A stretch of 64,000 bases of DNA, taken from Promethearchaeota archaeon. GTDB lineage: Archaea; Asgardarchaeota; Lokiarchaeia; Sigyniarchaeales; SOKP01. The notes below the pieces were generated by a model that was not told where the DNA came from, ran no database searches, and worked only from the letters and a program-made list of their open reading frames with translations. Positions 9,831 through 20,866 of this stretch are shown here, in pieces (the stretch's first letter is position 1; each line of letters begins with the position of its first letter). The translations under genes were made by a program, and so were the position numbers. The DNA lies in contig JALGVJ010000016.1 in assembly GCA_029838195.1 (NCBI GenBank), positions 29,733-93,732 on the forward strand, given 5' to 3'.

Positions 9831-10243
9831 TGATTCTAAAAGAATTCATAAATAAAACCCATCAAGCCTTAAAAGATAAATTCATTTGTGCAATTTTAAT
9901 TGGTTCGAGAGCTCGTACAGATTTTAATGAAGGGAGTGATATTGACTTAATTTTAGTTGGAGCATGGGATAATGAAATTCTGTTTGATAGAATTGAAGAA
10001 ATTCAAAATAATACGCCACTTCCTCCCTTACCCATTGATTTCTTCCTATATCGAGTGGAAGAAATTAAAAAAATGATACAGCAAGGAAATCCGATGATTT
10101 TGGATGGTTTTAGGGAGGAGGGAATTTGCTTATATAATGATGTATTCTTTCAGAATGTTCAAGATCTTATTACACAAAAAATCAGTGAGGGTTTTTTGGA
10201 GAAAAAGAATGGCATTTGGAAAGTAAATACTCTTTCTAAATAA
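9761..10243 (+). CDS. Minimal nucleotidyltransferase (MNT), partner of HEPN
   Basis: LIGSRARTDFNEGSDIDL (GS-x10-DxD); overlaps the HEPN gene. Confidence 0.9.
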   Translation: MFKMEQKNIRISKRLLEKHCKELVILKEFINKTHQALKDKFICAILIGSRARTDFNEGSDIDLILVGAWDNEILFDRIEEIQNNTPLPPLPIDFFLYRVEEIKKMIQQGNPMILDGFREEGICLYNDVFFQNVQDLITQKISEGFLEKKNGIWKVNTLSK

Positions 10244-10409
10244 AATTAACAGAAAAAAGAAAAAAAAATTTATTCTTCAAATAATTTCAAGTGAGAAACT
10301 ATTTTGTGATTAATTTAGTATCATCAGAAAGAGATTTATTTTATAAAATCAAATTAAATAACAAAAATGTTTTTCTCTATTTTTTCTTTATTTGATTTAG
10401 GTGTTTTAA

Positions 10410-11942
10410 GTGAATAAAATTCAAATTAACGAGGCAGAATATCTTAATAAAGTACAAGCCTGTTGGTTGGGTAAAAATATTGGAGGAACATTAGGCGCTC
10501 CTTATGAAACAAAGAAAACCATGAATGACCTTACTTTCTATGATCCTATTCCGGAGAAACCCGCACCAAATGATGACCTTGATCTCCAACTCATATGGTT
10601 AATAATGTTAGAAGATATTGGCGTTAATCCTTCATTATATCATTTTGCTGAATATTGGAAAAAATATGCGATTGCTTATCCTTGGAATGAATATGGATTT
10701 TTACGACGTAATTTAAAGCGTGGTTTAATGCCTCCAATCGCTGGATGTTTTGAAAATTATTTTTTAGATGAGATGGGTGCCCCCATTAGAAGTGAAATAT
10801 GGGCGTGCATATCTCCCGGAGATCCTCAATTAGCAGCGGCAACGGCATGGAAAGATGCTGTACTTGATCATGCAGGAGGAGAAGGAATGCATGGAGAAAT
10901 GTTTTGGGCTGCCGTAGAAAGCGCAGCTTTCGTAATTAATGACCCTAAGCAGTTGATCGAAATAGGGTTAAATATGATTCCTCTATCCTCGGCAATTTCT
11001 AGAGTTACGCGAGAAGTTCTATGGTGCCATGAAAATGGATTGACTTGGAAAGAAACGCGGAAACGTATTATTTTATATTATGGCCATAATTCTCCTTGTC
11101 ATGCGCCTCAGAATCATGGATTTACTCTATTAGGATGGCTTTACGGTAATGATTTTGGAGATAAACTTTGTAAAGCGGTGAATTGCGGATATGATACGGA
11201 CTGCACTGCCGCAACATTAGGAGCTCTTCTTGGAATCCTCAATGGTTTAGAATATATTCCTAAAAAATGGAGCGATCCAATAGGAGAAAAGATAGTTCTG
11301 CATTTATTAACAAGAAAAGGGAACTTGAAAAACCCACCCCGCAATATTCACGAATTAACAAATCGAATTTTTAAAATAACAAAGCAATTTTTAATTAAAA
11401 ATTCTAAAACTTCAATTTTAGGAGAAAAAACTACATTACCCGAAAATTTATACTCTTTATTATTTCAAAATGAAAAAGCACATCATGTATTGCGTTCTGA
11501 TATCCATGCAGCAGTATCCCTCGTAAATGATATTGAAATCACCCTATATTATTTTGGTGAACCAGTAATAAAACCAGGGGTTGATAAAATATTAGGAATC
11601 TCTTTGAAAAAAAATGGGTTCAAATTAAAAAATAATGTTTTTCTGGAAGTACCAAATGGCTGGGAGGTTCAATTTTTAGATGATGAATTTGAACAAAAGC
11701 GTTTTATAATTCGGGCATCGGAAATCCAAAATTTTAATATCATCCATGTTTGCTTACCACAAATAAATGAGAATAAAAAGATAAAATTCGTTATCTTAGG
11801 TCCAAATGAAGCTCAAGGATATCCTAGCGGGATAAATATTCCGAGACCTTCCTTTAAAGGTTCTGATAAAGAATGGCTTGAAAAAATAGGAATTTCTAAA
11901 AAAAGATTAAAAGAAAATTCCATTAGAAAAAAAAATGATTAA
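10410..11942 (+). CDS. ADP-ribosylglycohydrolase family protein
   Basis: GKNIGGTLGAPYE, PNDDLD, MGAPIRSE, GYDTDCTAATLGALLG. Confidence 0.88.
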   Translation: MNKIQINEAEYLNKVQACWLGKNIGGTLGAPYETKKTMNDLTFYDPIPEKPAPNDDLDLQLIWLIMLEDIGVNPSLYHFAEYWKKYAIAYPWNEYGFLRRNLKRGLMPPIAGCFENYFLDEMGAPIRSEIWACISPGDPQLAAATAWKDAVLDHAGGEGMHGEMFWAAVESAAFVINDPKQLIEIGLNMIPLSSAISRVTREVLWCHENGLTWKETRKRIILYYGHNSPCHAPQNHGFTLLGWLYGNDFGDKLCKAVNCGYDTDCTAATLGALLGILNGLEYIPKKWSDPIGEKIVLHLLTRKGNLKNPPRNIHELTNRIFKITKQFLIKNSKTSILGEKTTLPENLYSLLFQNEKAHHVLRSDIHAAVSLVNDIEITLYYFGEPVIKPGVDKILGISLKKNGFKLKNNVFLEVPNGWEVQFLDDEFEQKRFIIRASEIQNFNIIHVCLPQINENKKIKFVILGPNEAQGYPSGINIPRPSFKGSDKEWLEKIGISKKRLKENSIRKKND

Positions 11943-11948
11943 AAAGTT

Positions 11949-12494
11949 TCACAAATAATCGTATCCTTTCTGATATGCTTTAAAATTTAATTCCCAAAAC
12001 TTAACAGGAATATTCTGCTTAATTGCTTGATATATGAATTCATTACTAACGAGATTTGAAATTTTAATTAATCCACCTAACATTATAAAATTAATTCCTT
12101 TCATGAATTTTAACTCAGATGCAAGATCATTTGCTGGAATCTTATATATATTTCCTTTATTTTCCGAAAAATGAATGAGATTAGAATTAATCAAGATTTT
12201 ACTCTCTCGGGTAGTAGAAGAATAAAAATAATTAAATGCATCTTCGGAAAATGCAATTAAAAAATCAACTTCATTAATAACGGGATAATTAATCTTATCC
12301 ATGTTGGAAATTATTACATCACTCTTTACTCTCGTTCCTCGCTGTTCTGCTCCATAAGACTGCGTCTGAATAGCATTTTTATTTTCTAATATTGCAGCTG
12401 TTCCCAATATAATACTTGCAAGGATAACGCCCATTCCGCCCGTTCCACAAAATCTAATATGAAATTCACTATTTTCTTTTTTCCCAAAATTCAT
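11949..12494 (-). CDS. korC: 2-oxoacid:ferredoxin oxidoreductase gamma subunit
   Basis: IRFCGTGGMGVILA, QSYGAEQRG. Confidence 0.88.
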   Translation of the reverse strand: MNFGKKENSEFHIRFCGTGGMGVILASIILGTAAILENKNAIQTQSYGAEQRGTRVKSDVIISNMDKINYPVINEVDFLIAFSEDAFNYFYSSTTRESKILINSNLIHFSENKGNIYKIPANDLASELKFMKGINFIMLGGLIKISNLVSNEFIYQAIKQNIPVKFWELNFKAYQKGYDYL

Positions 12495-13344
12495 TCTTTA
12501 TTCTCTCTCGCATTTGTTCATATAATTGATGAAAATCGGGTTTCTCTAAATTAGTGATTTCTCCAATTATTATCTTTCCTTCATAATGTGCAGTAAAACA
12601 TTCACTCAAATCCCGGAAAACATGAGAAGAATATTCATCTTTACATTCCGTGCTATATTGGATGGTTTCATTCAATAAAAAATTTAAATATTCTCGTGTA
12701 TTCGAAAATTCCTTTCTATTTGTAGGACACGGAGATATTAACTCAATGAAAGCAAGTCCTTTCTTTTGTAATCCTTTCTTAATGGATTTTATAGCTTGAA
12801 TTGAATGAGCTGTTGTCCAGCGAGCCACATATACCGCTCCAGCAGCTTTAGCCAAAAAAGATAGATTAAAAGAATGTTCAATATTTTGATATGGTGTAGT
12901 TTTAGTAATATAACCCATGGGCGTTGTTGGACTTACTTGTCCTCCCGTCATGCCATAATTTTCATTATTAATGCAAATTACCGTAATATCAATATTTCTT
13001 CGAACCGCTTGTAAAAAATGGTTTAATCCAATCGCCGCTAAATCTCCATCGCCAGTAAAAACAATGACCGTTAAATTGGGATTCGAAACTTTGATGCCAG
13101 AAGCAAAAGCAATGGCACGGCCGTGAGTAGTATGAACTCCATATGCTTCAAGGTAAGCGGGTAATCTTGAAGAACATCCTATCCCAGAAACAAATACAAG
13201 ATTGTCTTGCGAAATATTTAGATCATCTATCGCTCGAATGACGTAATTCATGACCTGTCCAATACCACACCCTGGACAGAACATGCTAGGCAATAAATCC
13301 TTCCGTAAATATTTTTCCCGTAAATATTCTGAAGATTTTATCAT
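12469..13344 (-). CDS. korB: 2-oxoacid:ferredoxin oxidoreductase beta subunit (TPP-binding)
   Basis: FCPGCG, SGIGCS, HTTHGRA, GDGD...NNENYGMTGGQVSPT, SPCPT. Confidence 0.92.
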   Translation of the reverse strand: MIKSSEYLREKYLRKDLLPSMFCPGCGIGQVMNYVIRAIDDLNISQDNLVFVSGIGCSSRLPAYLEAYGVHTTHGRAIAFASGIKVSNPNLTVIVFTGDGDLAAIGLNHFLQAVRRNIDITVICINNENYGMTGGQVSPTTPMGYITKTTPYQNIEHSFNLSFLAKAAGAVYVARWTTAHSIQAIKSIKKGLQKKGLAFIELISPCPTNRKEFSNTREYLNFLLNETIQYSTECKDEYSSHVFRDLSECFTAHYEGKIIIGEITNLEKPDFHQLYEQMRERIKNEFWEKRK

Positions 13345-13347
13345 GTT

Positions 13348-14520
13348 TCATCCCTTTTTAATTAATTTTAATATTTCTTTAGGCTTAGGTATAGCACCCC
13401 CGATTTTATGAAATCGGTCCACATCACAATGCCCTTGAGAATGTTCCAATACTTTATGATATATTTGTCCTAAATTCATTTCCACAACAATATATTTTCG
13501 TATTTCTAAAGAAAGATCTAAAATTCTTTCGTGAGGAAAAGGCCATATCGTAATCAATCTTAAATAACCTGCCCTATATCCTTGTTTGCGAGCCAATTCA
13601 ACCGCTTCTAATGCTGAACGAGATGCTATTCCACATGAGACGATAATAATATCTGCATCTTCCGTATATTTTTCTTCGATGTCTATGATGTCTCGTCGAT
13701 TATCAGAAATCTTTTCATAAAAACGCCGCACCAATTGCTCATGAACTTCACTATTATCCGTAGAGGGATATGCTTTCCAATCATGAGTAAGGCCCGTTAA
13801 ATACGTGTGATATTTCTGCCCAAAAGCATCCATTTCCGGAACTTTTGAAGGATGCGTGTATCCCGTCCGAAATGGATGATATTTTTTCTTTTCAATGGTC
13901 ACGGGCACCCTTCTAATGATATCCACTTCCTCTTGATATGGAATCTTCAATTTTTCACGAGTATGGGCAAGAGCTGCATCAGAAAGAAAGATAACGGGTA
14001 CTCGATATTTATCTGATAAATTAAATTCGCGAATGATCATCTCTAAGGATTCTTGAACCGTATTAGGATAAATTGCGATGATATAATGATCACCATGGGT
14101 ACCCCAACGTGCCATCATGAGATCTCCCTGAGCGGGTTTCGTTGGTTGACCCGTAGACGGACCCGAGCGCTGAACGTTAACAATCACGCAAGGAGTCTCC
14201 GTCATGCAAGCATACCCAATGTTTTCTTGCATCAAGGAAAAACCAGGTCCGGAGGTAGCAGTCATCGTTCGAAAATTATTCCAGCTTGCCCCGACAATTG
14301 CCGCAATCGAAGCAATTTCATCTTCCATCTGTAAACAATAACCATTTTTCAATAGCGGTAAAAACCTCGCCATTAATTCGAGGATTTCCGTTGCTGGTGT
14401 TATGGGATAACCCGCAAAAAATCTACAATTAGCTAAGAGAGCCCCATAAACGATGGCCTCATTACCAGAAGCAAATTGAATTTTTGGCTCCAAAATATCA
14501 TCTACCGTAATTTCTTTCAT
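13348..14520 (-). CDS. korA: 2-oxoacid:ferredoxin oxidoreductase alpha subunit
   Basis: GNEA, AGYPITPATE, QMEDEIAS, TATSGPGFSLMQE, QRSGPSTGQPT. Confidence 0.92.
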   Translation of the reverse strand: MKEITVDDILEPKIQFASGNEAIVYGALLANCRFFAGYPITPATEILELMARFLPLLKNGYCLQMEDEIASIAAIVGASWNNFRTMTATSGPGFSLMQENIGYACMTETPCVIVNVQRSGPSTGQPTKPAQGDLMMARWGTHGDHYIIAIYPNTVQESLEMIIREFNLSDKYRVPVIFLSDAALAHTREKLKIPYQEEVDIIRRVPVTIEKKKYHPFRTGYTHPSKVPEMDAFGQKYHTYLTGLTHDWKAYPSTDNSEVHEQLVRRFYEKISDNRRDIIDIEEKYTEDADIIIVSCGIASRSALEAVELARKQGYRAGYLRLITIWPFPHERILDLSLEIRKYIVVEMNLGQIYHKVLEHSQGHCDVDRFHKIGGAIPKPKEILKLIKKG

Positions 14521-14792
14521 TCTTCTACCGCCTCCCTTTCTTCTCTAAGAATCACGCTAATTGCCATTTCCGGGCAAATCAATTCGCACTTTTTGCAGCA
14601 CAAGCATTCTTCAATATTTTGAATGGCCGGCAAGGTATAACCTCTCTTATTTCGCTTAGCGGATTCACTGAATATCTTTTTCGGGCAAATTTCAATGCAA
14701 TATCCGCATCCTTTACAAAAATCCTCTTCAATTTTAATTAATAGGGCTTTATTCGTTTTATTCATCGTCGAAAAGATAAATTCTTTAGACAT
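14517..14792 (-). CDS. korD: 2-oxoacid:ferredoxin oxidoreductase delta subunit (2x[4Fe-4S])
   Basis: CKGCGYCIEICP and CLCCKKCELICP; overlaps the korA start. Confidence 0.88.
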   Translation of the reverse strand: MSKEFIFSTMNKTNKALLIKIEEDFCKGCGYCIEICPKKIFSESAKRNKRGYTLPAIQNIEECLCCKKCELICPEMAISVILREEREAVEE

Positions 14793-15233
14793 TTTAAAAA
14801 AATTTCAAGATTTCTTACTTTAATATTATCATTCATTAGTAAATATTATTAATATATAAGAAATGTTCAAAAACATTATGATTAAACACTAAAAATTTTA
14901 ACAATGTTCAAAAATATAACGTGGCGCTAAGAATTATTACATTTCCCAGAATATAAAGTTAATTTTTATATTAATATACTTGATATAATAGATTTTCATG
15001 GAAATTGTTCATTCATAATGGATTTCAAAAGGCAATAAATTTTCCTATTCTAAATAATTTAGTTCAAAATAAAAAATATGAATGTATGAATGGAAGGTCC
15101 ATGAGGAAGTGATTCATATTAACTCAGCAATGAATGCGTTAAAAAGGGCTATATCATGGGAAAAAAGAATTCATGATTTCTCTTTTATCCTGGTATAAGC
15201 CGTAAATCTTTTCTTAAATTTGAGGAAATCACG

Positions 15234-16088
15234 CTAATTAGAGAAAAATTCTTTAATTCGGGCGATTATCACTTCGGGAGCATCATGCATTGCCCAATGA
15301 GAGCTCTTTTCTATTTTTTCAATTCTTAAATCCTTGACCCAATCTGCTAACCCTTCTAAAACTACCGGTTTGACAAAATTATCTTTCATTCCATGGATGA
15401 CAAGAGTAGGCACCTCAATAATTCCTGAATAGGGATCAATATTGCGGTTAGCTCTATAATAATTTACTCCGCATAATATCGAATTCGGAATGGACCATGA
15501 TTCTAAGTATTTTTTCTTATCTTCTTCCGTAAATGCATTTTTTTTCCTTGCAGTTCCAAATACTGCTGCTTTCAGCCCCATCATGTCGTTTTTCAAGAGA
15601 CTTTGTTCTCCTCCCGGTTGTATTAATTGAAAAATGTATCCTGAAGCCCTTCTCTGAACTTCATTCGTTGCAATTTTATGTCCAAAAATTTTGGGATGAG
15701 GTGCATTTATTATCACGAGTTTCTTCATTAATTCCGGATATTTAAATGCAAAAGACCATCCGATGACGCCACCCCAATCATGTCCTACTAAATAAAAATG
15801 ATTGAAACCTAATTTTTCTGCTAAAATTTTAATATCTTCAACGAGGTGTTCTAATTTATAATGTTCAACGCCTTCTGGCTTGTCACTTAAATTAATACCC
15901 CGCGTATCCGGAACAATTAATCGGAAATGCTCTTTTAATCCAATTATCACGTTTTTCCAGCCATACCAAAAATCCGGAAAGCCGTGCAATAAAATAATGG
16001 GGTCTCCTTTTCCAGCGAGAATTACATGCAATTTTACTCCATCATGACATGTAATATATTTTTCTTCTAAGTCTTTTAACCCTTCCAT
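15234..16088 (-). CDS. Alpha/beta hydrolase, epoxide hydrolase-like
   Basis: LHGFPD, GHDWGG nucleophile elbow, NYYRA, SSHW. Confidence 0.88.
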   Translation of the reverse strand: MEGLKDLEEKYITCHDGVKLHVILAGKGDPIILLHGFPDFWYGWKNVIIGLKEHFRLIVPDTRGINLSDKPEGVEHYKLEHLVEDIKILAEKLGFNHFYLVGHDWGGVIGWSFAFKYPELMKKLVIINAPHPKIFGHKIATNEVQRRASGYIFQLIQPGGEQSLLKNDMMGLKAAVFGTARKKNAFTEEDKKKYLESWSIPNSILCGVNYYRANRNIDPYSGIIEVPTLVIHGMKDNFVKPVVLEGLADWVKDLRIEKIEKSSHWAMHDAPEVIIARIKEFFSN

Positions 16089-16144
16089 TTAATTAAACCT
16101 ATCATTTAAATATATTAATAAAAGAAATTATTAAGAAAATCTCT

Positions 16145-17074
16145 TTAAAACACGTCCAAATCATTCGCGCATACAACCTCTCCATTAAAATAATTTTTAA
16201 CCGTACGCTCTATATATTCTGGTGAAGAAATTGTAGGCACGATATGAGTTAATACAAGTTTTTTTGGTTTTATTTCATTTAAAATGTCAATTAATTGTGG
16301 AATTGTTGTGTGAGAGTTAATAATAAAATCTGCCGTTGAATCGTTTCCCAAGAGGAATTGATTAGATATAGCAAATCTAATAACATCATCCAATATTACT
16401 TCATGAACTAAAACATCGACGGGTTTCAATTTAGCTAATTGTATTAGATTTTCATTTTTAGTAGTGTCACCAGATAACAAGATAGATTTCTCTGGTGTAT
16501 CAAAGCGAAAACTAAAGCATGGCATTGTCGGTATGTGCGATGTTAAAGCACAGGTAATTTTAATTCCTCCAATCTCCCATGAAAATCCTTTTTCAATCTC
16601 ATGAACCTCCGTTTCCAATCCCTCAATATTTATTCCCGCGGTCATGCGATCTTCTATATCATTTTGATTAAAAATCTTAATTGCATTAATTACTTCCTTG
16701 GTACCTACGGGACCCCATATTTTCCATGATTTTGTACGACGAGTGAAAATCGAATCCATCCATATTGTAGGCCATGCATTGATATGATCTTGGTGGAGAT
16801 GGGTAAAAATCAATCCTTCTATTTGATTGAAATTTATACCTGCTTCTATAATTCTCATGGAAGCCCATCGTCCGCAATCTACAAGAATGCAAGTCCTTTT
16901 ATATAATATTGCATTTGAGGGGCCCGCACGGGCGACATCTGGTACGGGTGCCCCGGTTCCCAATGTTATTATTTTTAATTCTTTTTCACGTCTAATAGGC
17001 ATTCTTATGGGATTTCTCCCGGGCTCTTGAACACTTTCCAATTTATTTATTATCATATCTCTATATTCTGACAT
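16145..17074 (-). CDS. MBL-fold hydrolase, RNase Z/arylsulfatase-like
   Basis: TLGTG, DCG, THLHQDH, SGDT, LVHE, HT, LTH. Confidence 0.85.
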   Translation of the reverse strand: MSEYRDMIINKLESVQEPGRNPIRMPIRREKELKIITLGTGAPVPDVARAGPSNAILYKRTCILVDCGRWASMRIIEAGINFNQIEGLIFTHLHQDHINAWPTIWMDSIFTRRTKSWKIWGPVGTKEVINAIKIFNQNDIEDRMTAGINIEGLETEVHEIEKGFSWEIGGIKITCALTSHIPTMPCFSFRFDTPEKSILLSGDTTKNENLIQLAKLKPVDVLVHEVILDDVIRFAISNQFLLGNDSTADFIINSHTTIPQLIDILNEIKPKKLVLTHIVPTISSPEYIERTVKNYFNGEVVCANDLDVF

Positions 17075-17089
17075 TTTTCCTCCTCTTTT

Positions 17090-18208
17090 TTAAATAGACC
17101 TGTTCTCTTGATATATTTTTTCCATTAGTTGTAAATGATTATCAATAATTTTTGTTCGCTCCCATCGATGTAATTTAATTGCGCCGTTAGGACATCCGAC
17201 CGCACAAACGCCACATCCGAAACATTTATTTGAATCTATGAGGATTTTTTCATTTTCAACGGAAATAGCGCCGAAGGGGCATCTTTTCAGGCAAGTTTTA
17301 CATCTCTTACAAGCATTCTGGTCTACTTTCGCAATGAAATTGGATTTAGCAACACAATTTTCATTTTTATCTTCAAAACGAGTCATCCCTCTTAATAAGG
17401 CGCAACAACAAGCACAGCAGGAGCAAATTACAAAATGATTAGGATCTTTTACGTTTTCAGTTGTAAATACTAATCCCATTTTTGCATATTTGTTAACTAA
17501 CTCATGAGCTTCCTGAGTAGTTATTTTTCTTCCTTCTCCCCGCTTAATGAAATATTTACCAAATAATCCTACTTGGAAGCACGTCTCCTCAATAGGAAAT
17601 TTACCTTTACATTCTCTAATGCCTAACATTTCCGTGCGATTTCTACAGGGGCAATCTGTAACCACAATAGGACCTGTACAATTGTCTAATACACCATGTA
17701 TTTCTTCAAGATTCAGGAATTGAGACTGATGCGCAATAGCTGTATTAACGGGAACTATTCTTGTCATTGAAGTTCCAGCATCTGATGATTCATAGCGTTT
17801 ATAAAATTTTTCCTTAATAAAGAATTGCTGATATAATTCAGCTCCTTTCTTTCCTAATCTTTTTAATGCTTTCGAATACTTGAAACCAATGTTTAAAAGA
17901 TGTGCCATTGCGAGGAAAAAGGAATATCCTCCAATATCTTGAATGATGCCCTGGTCTGCCATGGCGTTCAAAATTGCCTTCGTCTCTTTTACGCTCTTAC
18001 CAATTCTCTTTGCAATGGTTCCCGCAGATAAAGGTTTGATTTCCAAATGTTGAGCAATTTTAGCCTCTTCCGGAGTAAAAAGCAGCTTAATGTATTCACG
18101 AAAAGCGTTTGATACATTTCCATCTACTAAAGGAATATCAGAAGGATATTCTCTCATTTTTTGTAATATAATCTCGTACGGATCCTCTTTCTTAAGTGCC
18201 ATTTTCAA
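17090..18208 (-). CDS. 4Fe-4S dicluster-domain protein with N-terminal HTH-like region
   Basis: CPCR, ICSCCACCC, CKRCKTCLKRCP, CFGCGVCAVGCP. Confidence 0.85.
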   Translation of the reverse strand: MKMALKKEDPYEIILQKMREYPSDIPLVDGNVSNAFREYIKLLFTPEEAKIAQHLEIKPLSAGTIAKRIGKSVKETKAILNAMADQGIIQDIGGYSFFLAMAHLLNIGFKYSKALKRLGKKGAELYQQFFIKEKFYKRYESSDAGTSMTRIVPVNTAIAHQSQFLNLEEIHGVLDNCTGPIVVTDCPCRNRTEMLGIRECKGKFPIEETCFQVGLFGKYFIKRGEGRKITTQEAHELVNKYAKMGLVFTTENVKDPNHFVICSCCACCCALLRGMTRFEDKNENCVAKSNFIAKVDQNACKRCKTCLKRCPFGAISVENEKILIDSNKCFGCGVCAVGCPNGAIKLHRWERTKIIDNHLQLMEKIYQENRSI

Positions 18209-18537
18209 CTTATACTTAAAATCAATTTCAATTTACTTAATTAATTAGTTTTCCCCATTTTTCTATTAAAGATTTAGTTGATTGGGGCTAAAAGGTTCAT
18301 TCATGCTATATCAAAATATTGAGAATTGTACCTTTTGCTTTACTTAATATTTGTTTAATATTTGTTCGTGTTAAAAAAATCACCTTAACGAGAAGAAATT
18401 TTCTTTATTATTAAAACTTATCAATGGTGTAAAGCTTAAGCATTACCATTAAACACCTTAACCTTGAAGGAAGTGAGCCGATTGTTAATGCGATAACTTT
18501 TTTCGAAAAAAGAAAAGAAAAAGGTATAAATCTTATT

Positions 18538-19821
18538 TTATGATTTAAGTTCCTCAATTTTCATTTTTAACTCTTCAATTCCGTTATAATAACTATTTCT
18601 TGCGATAAATGAAATCTCCTCTCGAGCTTTCTCCTTTAAGATCTTAGCCTTTATTTCATAAGCTTCAAGTAGTAAGTTCTTTTGGACTAACTCTTTTCCT
18701 TTAATGAGCACATCAAGCATGTGAAGAGCTAATTGAAGCTTGCCTCTCTTATAAAGTTCCTTCCCATGTTCGAGAAATTTTTCCGGAAGACTAACATGAA
18801 GATATTCTTTGGCAATTTCTTCTGAGCGTGCTGGAAAAAGATCAGTTGGATTACCCGTGTTATACCAGCCATGATAAAGTCGATAAGCCGCATGGATTCC
18901 AAATCGATAACAGCCATACGTATCTCTCAAAAATTCATGGTTTTTAAATTTCGCGGGATAAATATCCATCATTTCATGATAAATCTGCTCGAACCACTTT
19001 CCCTCATTTAATCTTTTTACGACCTCATCATGGATAAAGTGCATGGCTTCTGCTCGAATGGACAGAGCTTCCTTAACATTTTTTTTTCCCTCGATGAGTT
19101 TTCCGTGACCCGGAACAATAAATTCCGCATCTTTTTCTAACATTTTCTCCATCGCAATAGCCCAATCATAGGGATATCTTTGAACTTTATTTGGATTTCC
19201 TATATTTGGAAATGAGGGGTTCATGACTAAATCTCCGGCGAAGATAGTTTTTTTATCCGGTACCCATACCCATAGAGAATCGTCCGTTTCGCCTTTATCA
19301 TGAAATACTTCAAAAGTCGTATTTCCTAAAGTAAATTCATGATGAGCATCATTTCCTTTAAGCACGATGGTAGGATTCAAGGTTTCTCGAGCTGAAACGG
19401 GATTTTTCTGAGTTTTTAACCCAATAGAAGAGAATTGCTGGCTATTAAGCCAGACGTGATATTTTTCTAATCTCCGATATTTTTCAAATCGACGCAAGAT
19501 ATTTTCATGTGCTATGACATCTGGCCTGTCCCAGCCTTTCTCTTCCGCTTCTTTTATAATTGAAACATATCCAAAACAATGATCAAAATGCCCGTGAGAA
19601 TAAATGATGTATTTCACGGGTTTGGTTGAAAATTTTCGCAAGGCTGTAAAAATACGTTTATGATACTGGCGGGGAGCAACATCTACTAGTACCAATCCGT
19701 CATTCGTCTCTACGGCGCCTACATTTCCAAATGCACCAATGATGTAGCATTTTCCATCAGCAAAAGACTTGGGAGGAAATAGTCCAAAAAAATCATTCAT
19801 ATCTTTAGTGGTAATATCCAT
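18538..19821 (-). CDS. MBL-fold alkyl sulfatase-like hydrolase
   Basis: SHGHFDH, GETDD, GDL, FPNIGNPNKVQR, PGHG, YHGWY (dimerisation region). Confidence 0.85.
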   Translation of the reverse strand: MDITTKDMNDFFGLFPPKSFADGKCYIIGAFGNVGAVETNDGLVLVDVAPRQYHKRIFTALRKFSTKPVKYIIYSHGHFDHCFGYVSIIKEAEEKGWDRPDVIAHENILRRFEKYRRLEKYHVWLNSQQFSSIGLKTQKNPVSARETLNPTIVLKGNDAHHEFTLGNTTFEVFHDKGETDDSLWVWVPDKKTIFAGDLVMNPSFPNIGNPNKVQRYPYDWAIAMEKMLEKDAEFIVPGHGKLIEGKKNVKEALSIRAEAMHFIHDEVVKRLNEGKWFEQIYHEMMDIYPAKFKNHEFLRDTYGCYRFGIHAAYRLYHGWYNTGNPTDLFPARSEEIAKEYLHVSLPEKFLEHGKELYKRGKLQLALHMLDVLIKGKELVQKNLLLEAYEIKAKILKEKAREEISFIARNSYYNGIEELKMKIEELKS

Positions 19822-20152
19822 TATTATTTTCTCACATGTTATTTCAAAATAATTTTATAATTCATGTAATATAATTTAGTGTTGAAATTTTTTTATTTTT
19901 ATTCTTTTTAAAAAAGAAGATGCTAATAAATTTTCATGACATTTCTCTACTACTGACCGTGAAATGTCTCTTGAAGAATATGATCTCTCTGATTTTCAAT
20001 GTTTTATTTTTACGGGAGGTTTTTTTTCATGTGAGGATTCTATGAAAACATCACCTCATGGAGAATAATTTTTAAACTAGAAGAATCTAAGAACTAATAA
20101 AATAACGATATTATCTTAAATCCAGTCCTGAAAAATTTATAGGAAAAATTTA

Positions 20153-20866
20153 TTATTCTTTTTGTTCCAATAAGATTTTCACGCATTTTTCTTTAACATC
20201 AAGGTTCAAGATTTCAGCATGAATGTTTTTTTGAAATACCCATGATAACCCTCTCTCCAAAATCCCTGTTATAATATAATAATGATATTGAAAATCTTCT
20301 GATACTTCAAGCATCTCCAAATTTTTAAAAATAAAGACCCCCTTATTCTTATCAGGCTCTATTTTTTCTTCAATGGTCACATTCTCGTTTATGATAAGAT
20401 CCAAATACGGATAGAGCTTAGGAAAGTAAGTTAGAAAATCATTAAAACTTTTAATTTCTGCTCTTAGTGACTTTGGATATTGATTTATCAACTCCCTCCT
20501 CATGCCATCTGCAATTATATGCCCTAATTTCTTAAATTCTTCAAGATTGGTGAATTTATTTTTCAAACCTCTCAAAATACCGTTATAATATTTCGACATG
20601 AATCTCAAGGGCAGAACAATTCGGTCAGAACAATAATATAATTTATATAATCCGACTTCTCTCGCAAAAACTTTTCCTTCATCTTGGAGCATTTTTATGT
20701 ATTTATATACCGTGACTCGGGACGTGGAAACGCCTTCTGCGATGTCCTTAATTGTTTGGCCAAACGGATTTTCTCGCAAGTAATTATGAATCTCATCCGC
20801 CCAATTAATTCCTTTTCGAAATTTTCTCTTAGTTTTTTTATTTATGATCATTAACTTTACACTCAA
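20153..20866 (-). CDS. Winged-HTH transcriptional regulator with C-terminal V4R-like domain
   Basis: GQTIKDIAEGVSTSRVTVYKYIKML...REVGLYKLY; C-terminal YIITGILE pattern. Confidence 0.7.
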   Translation of the reverse strand: MSVKLMIINKKTKRKFRKGINWADEIHNYLRENPFGQTIKDIAEGVSTSRVTVYKYIKMLQDEGKVFAREVGLYKLYYCSDRIVLPLRFMSKYYNGILRGLKNKFTNLEEFKKLGHIIADGMRRELINQYPKSLRAEIKSFNDFLTYFPKLYPYLDLIINENVTIEEKIEPDKNKGVFIFKNLEMLEVSEDFQYHYYIITGILERGLSWVFQKNIHAEILNLDVKEKCVKILLEQKE

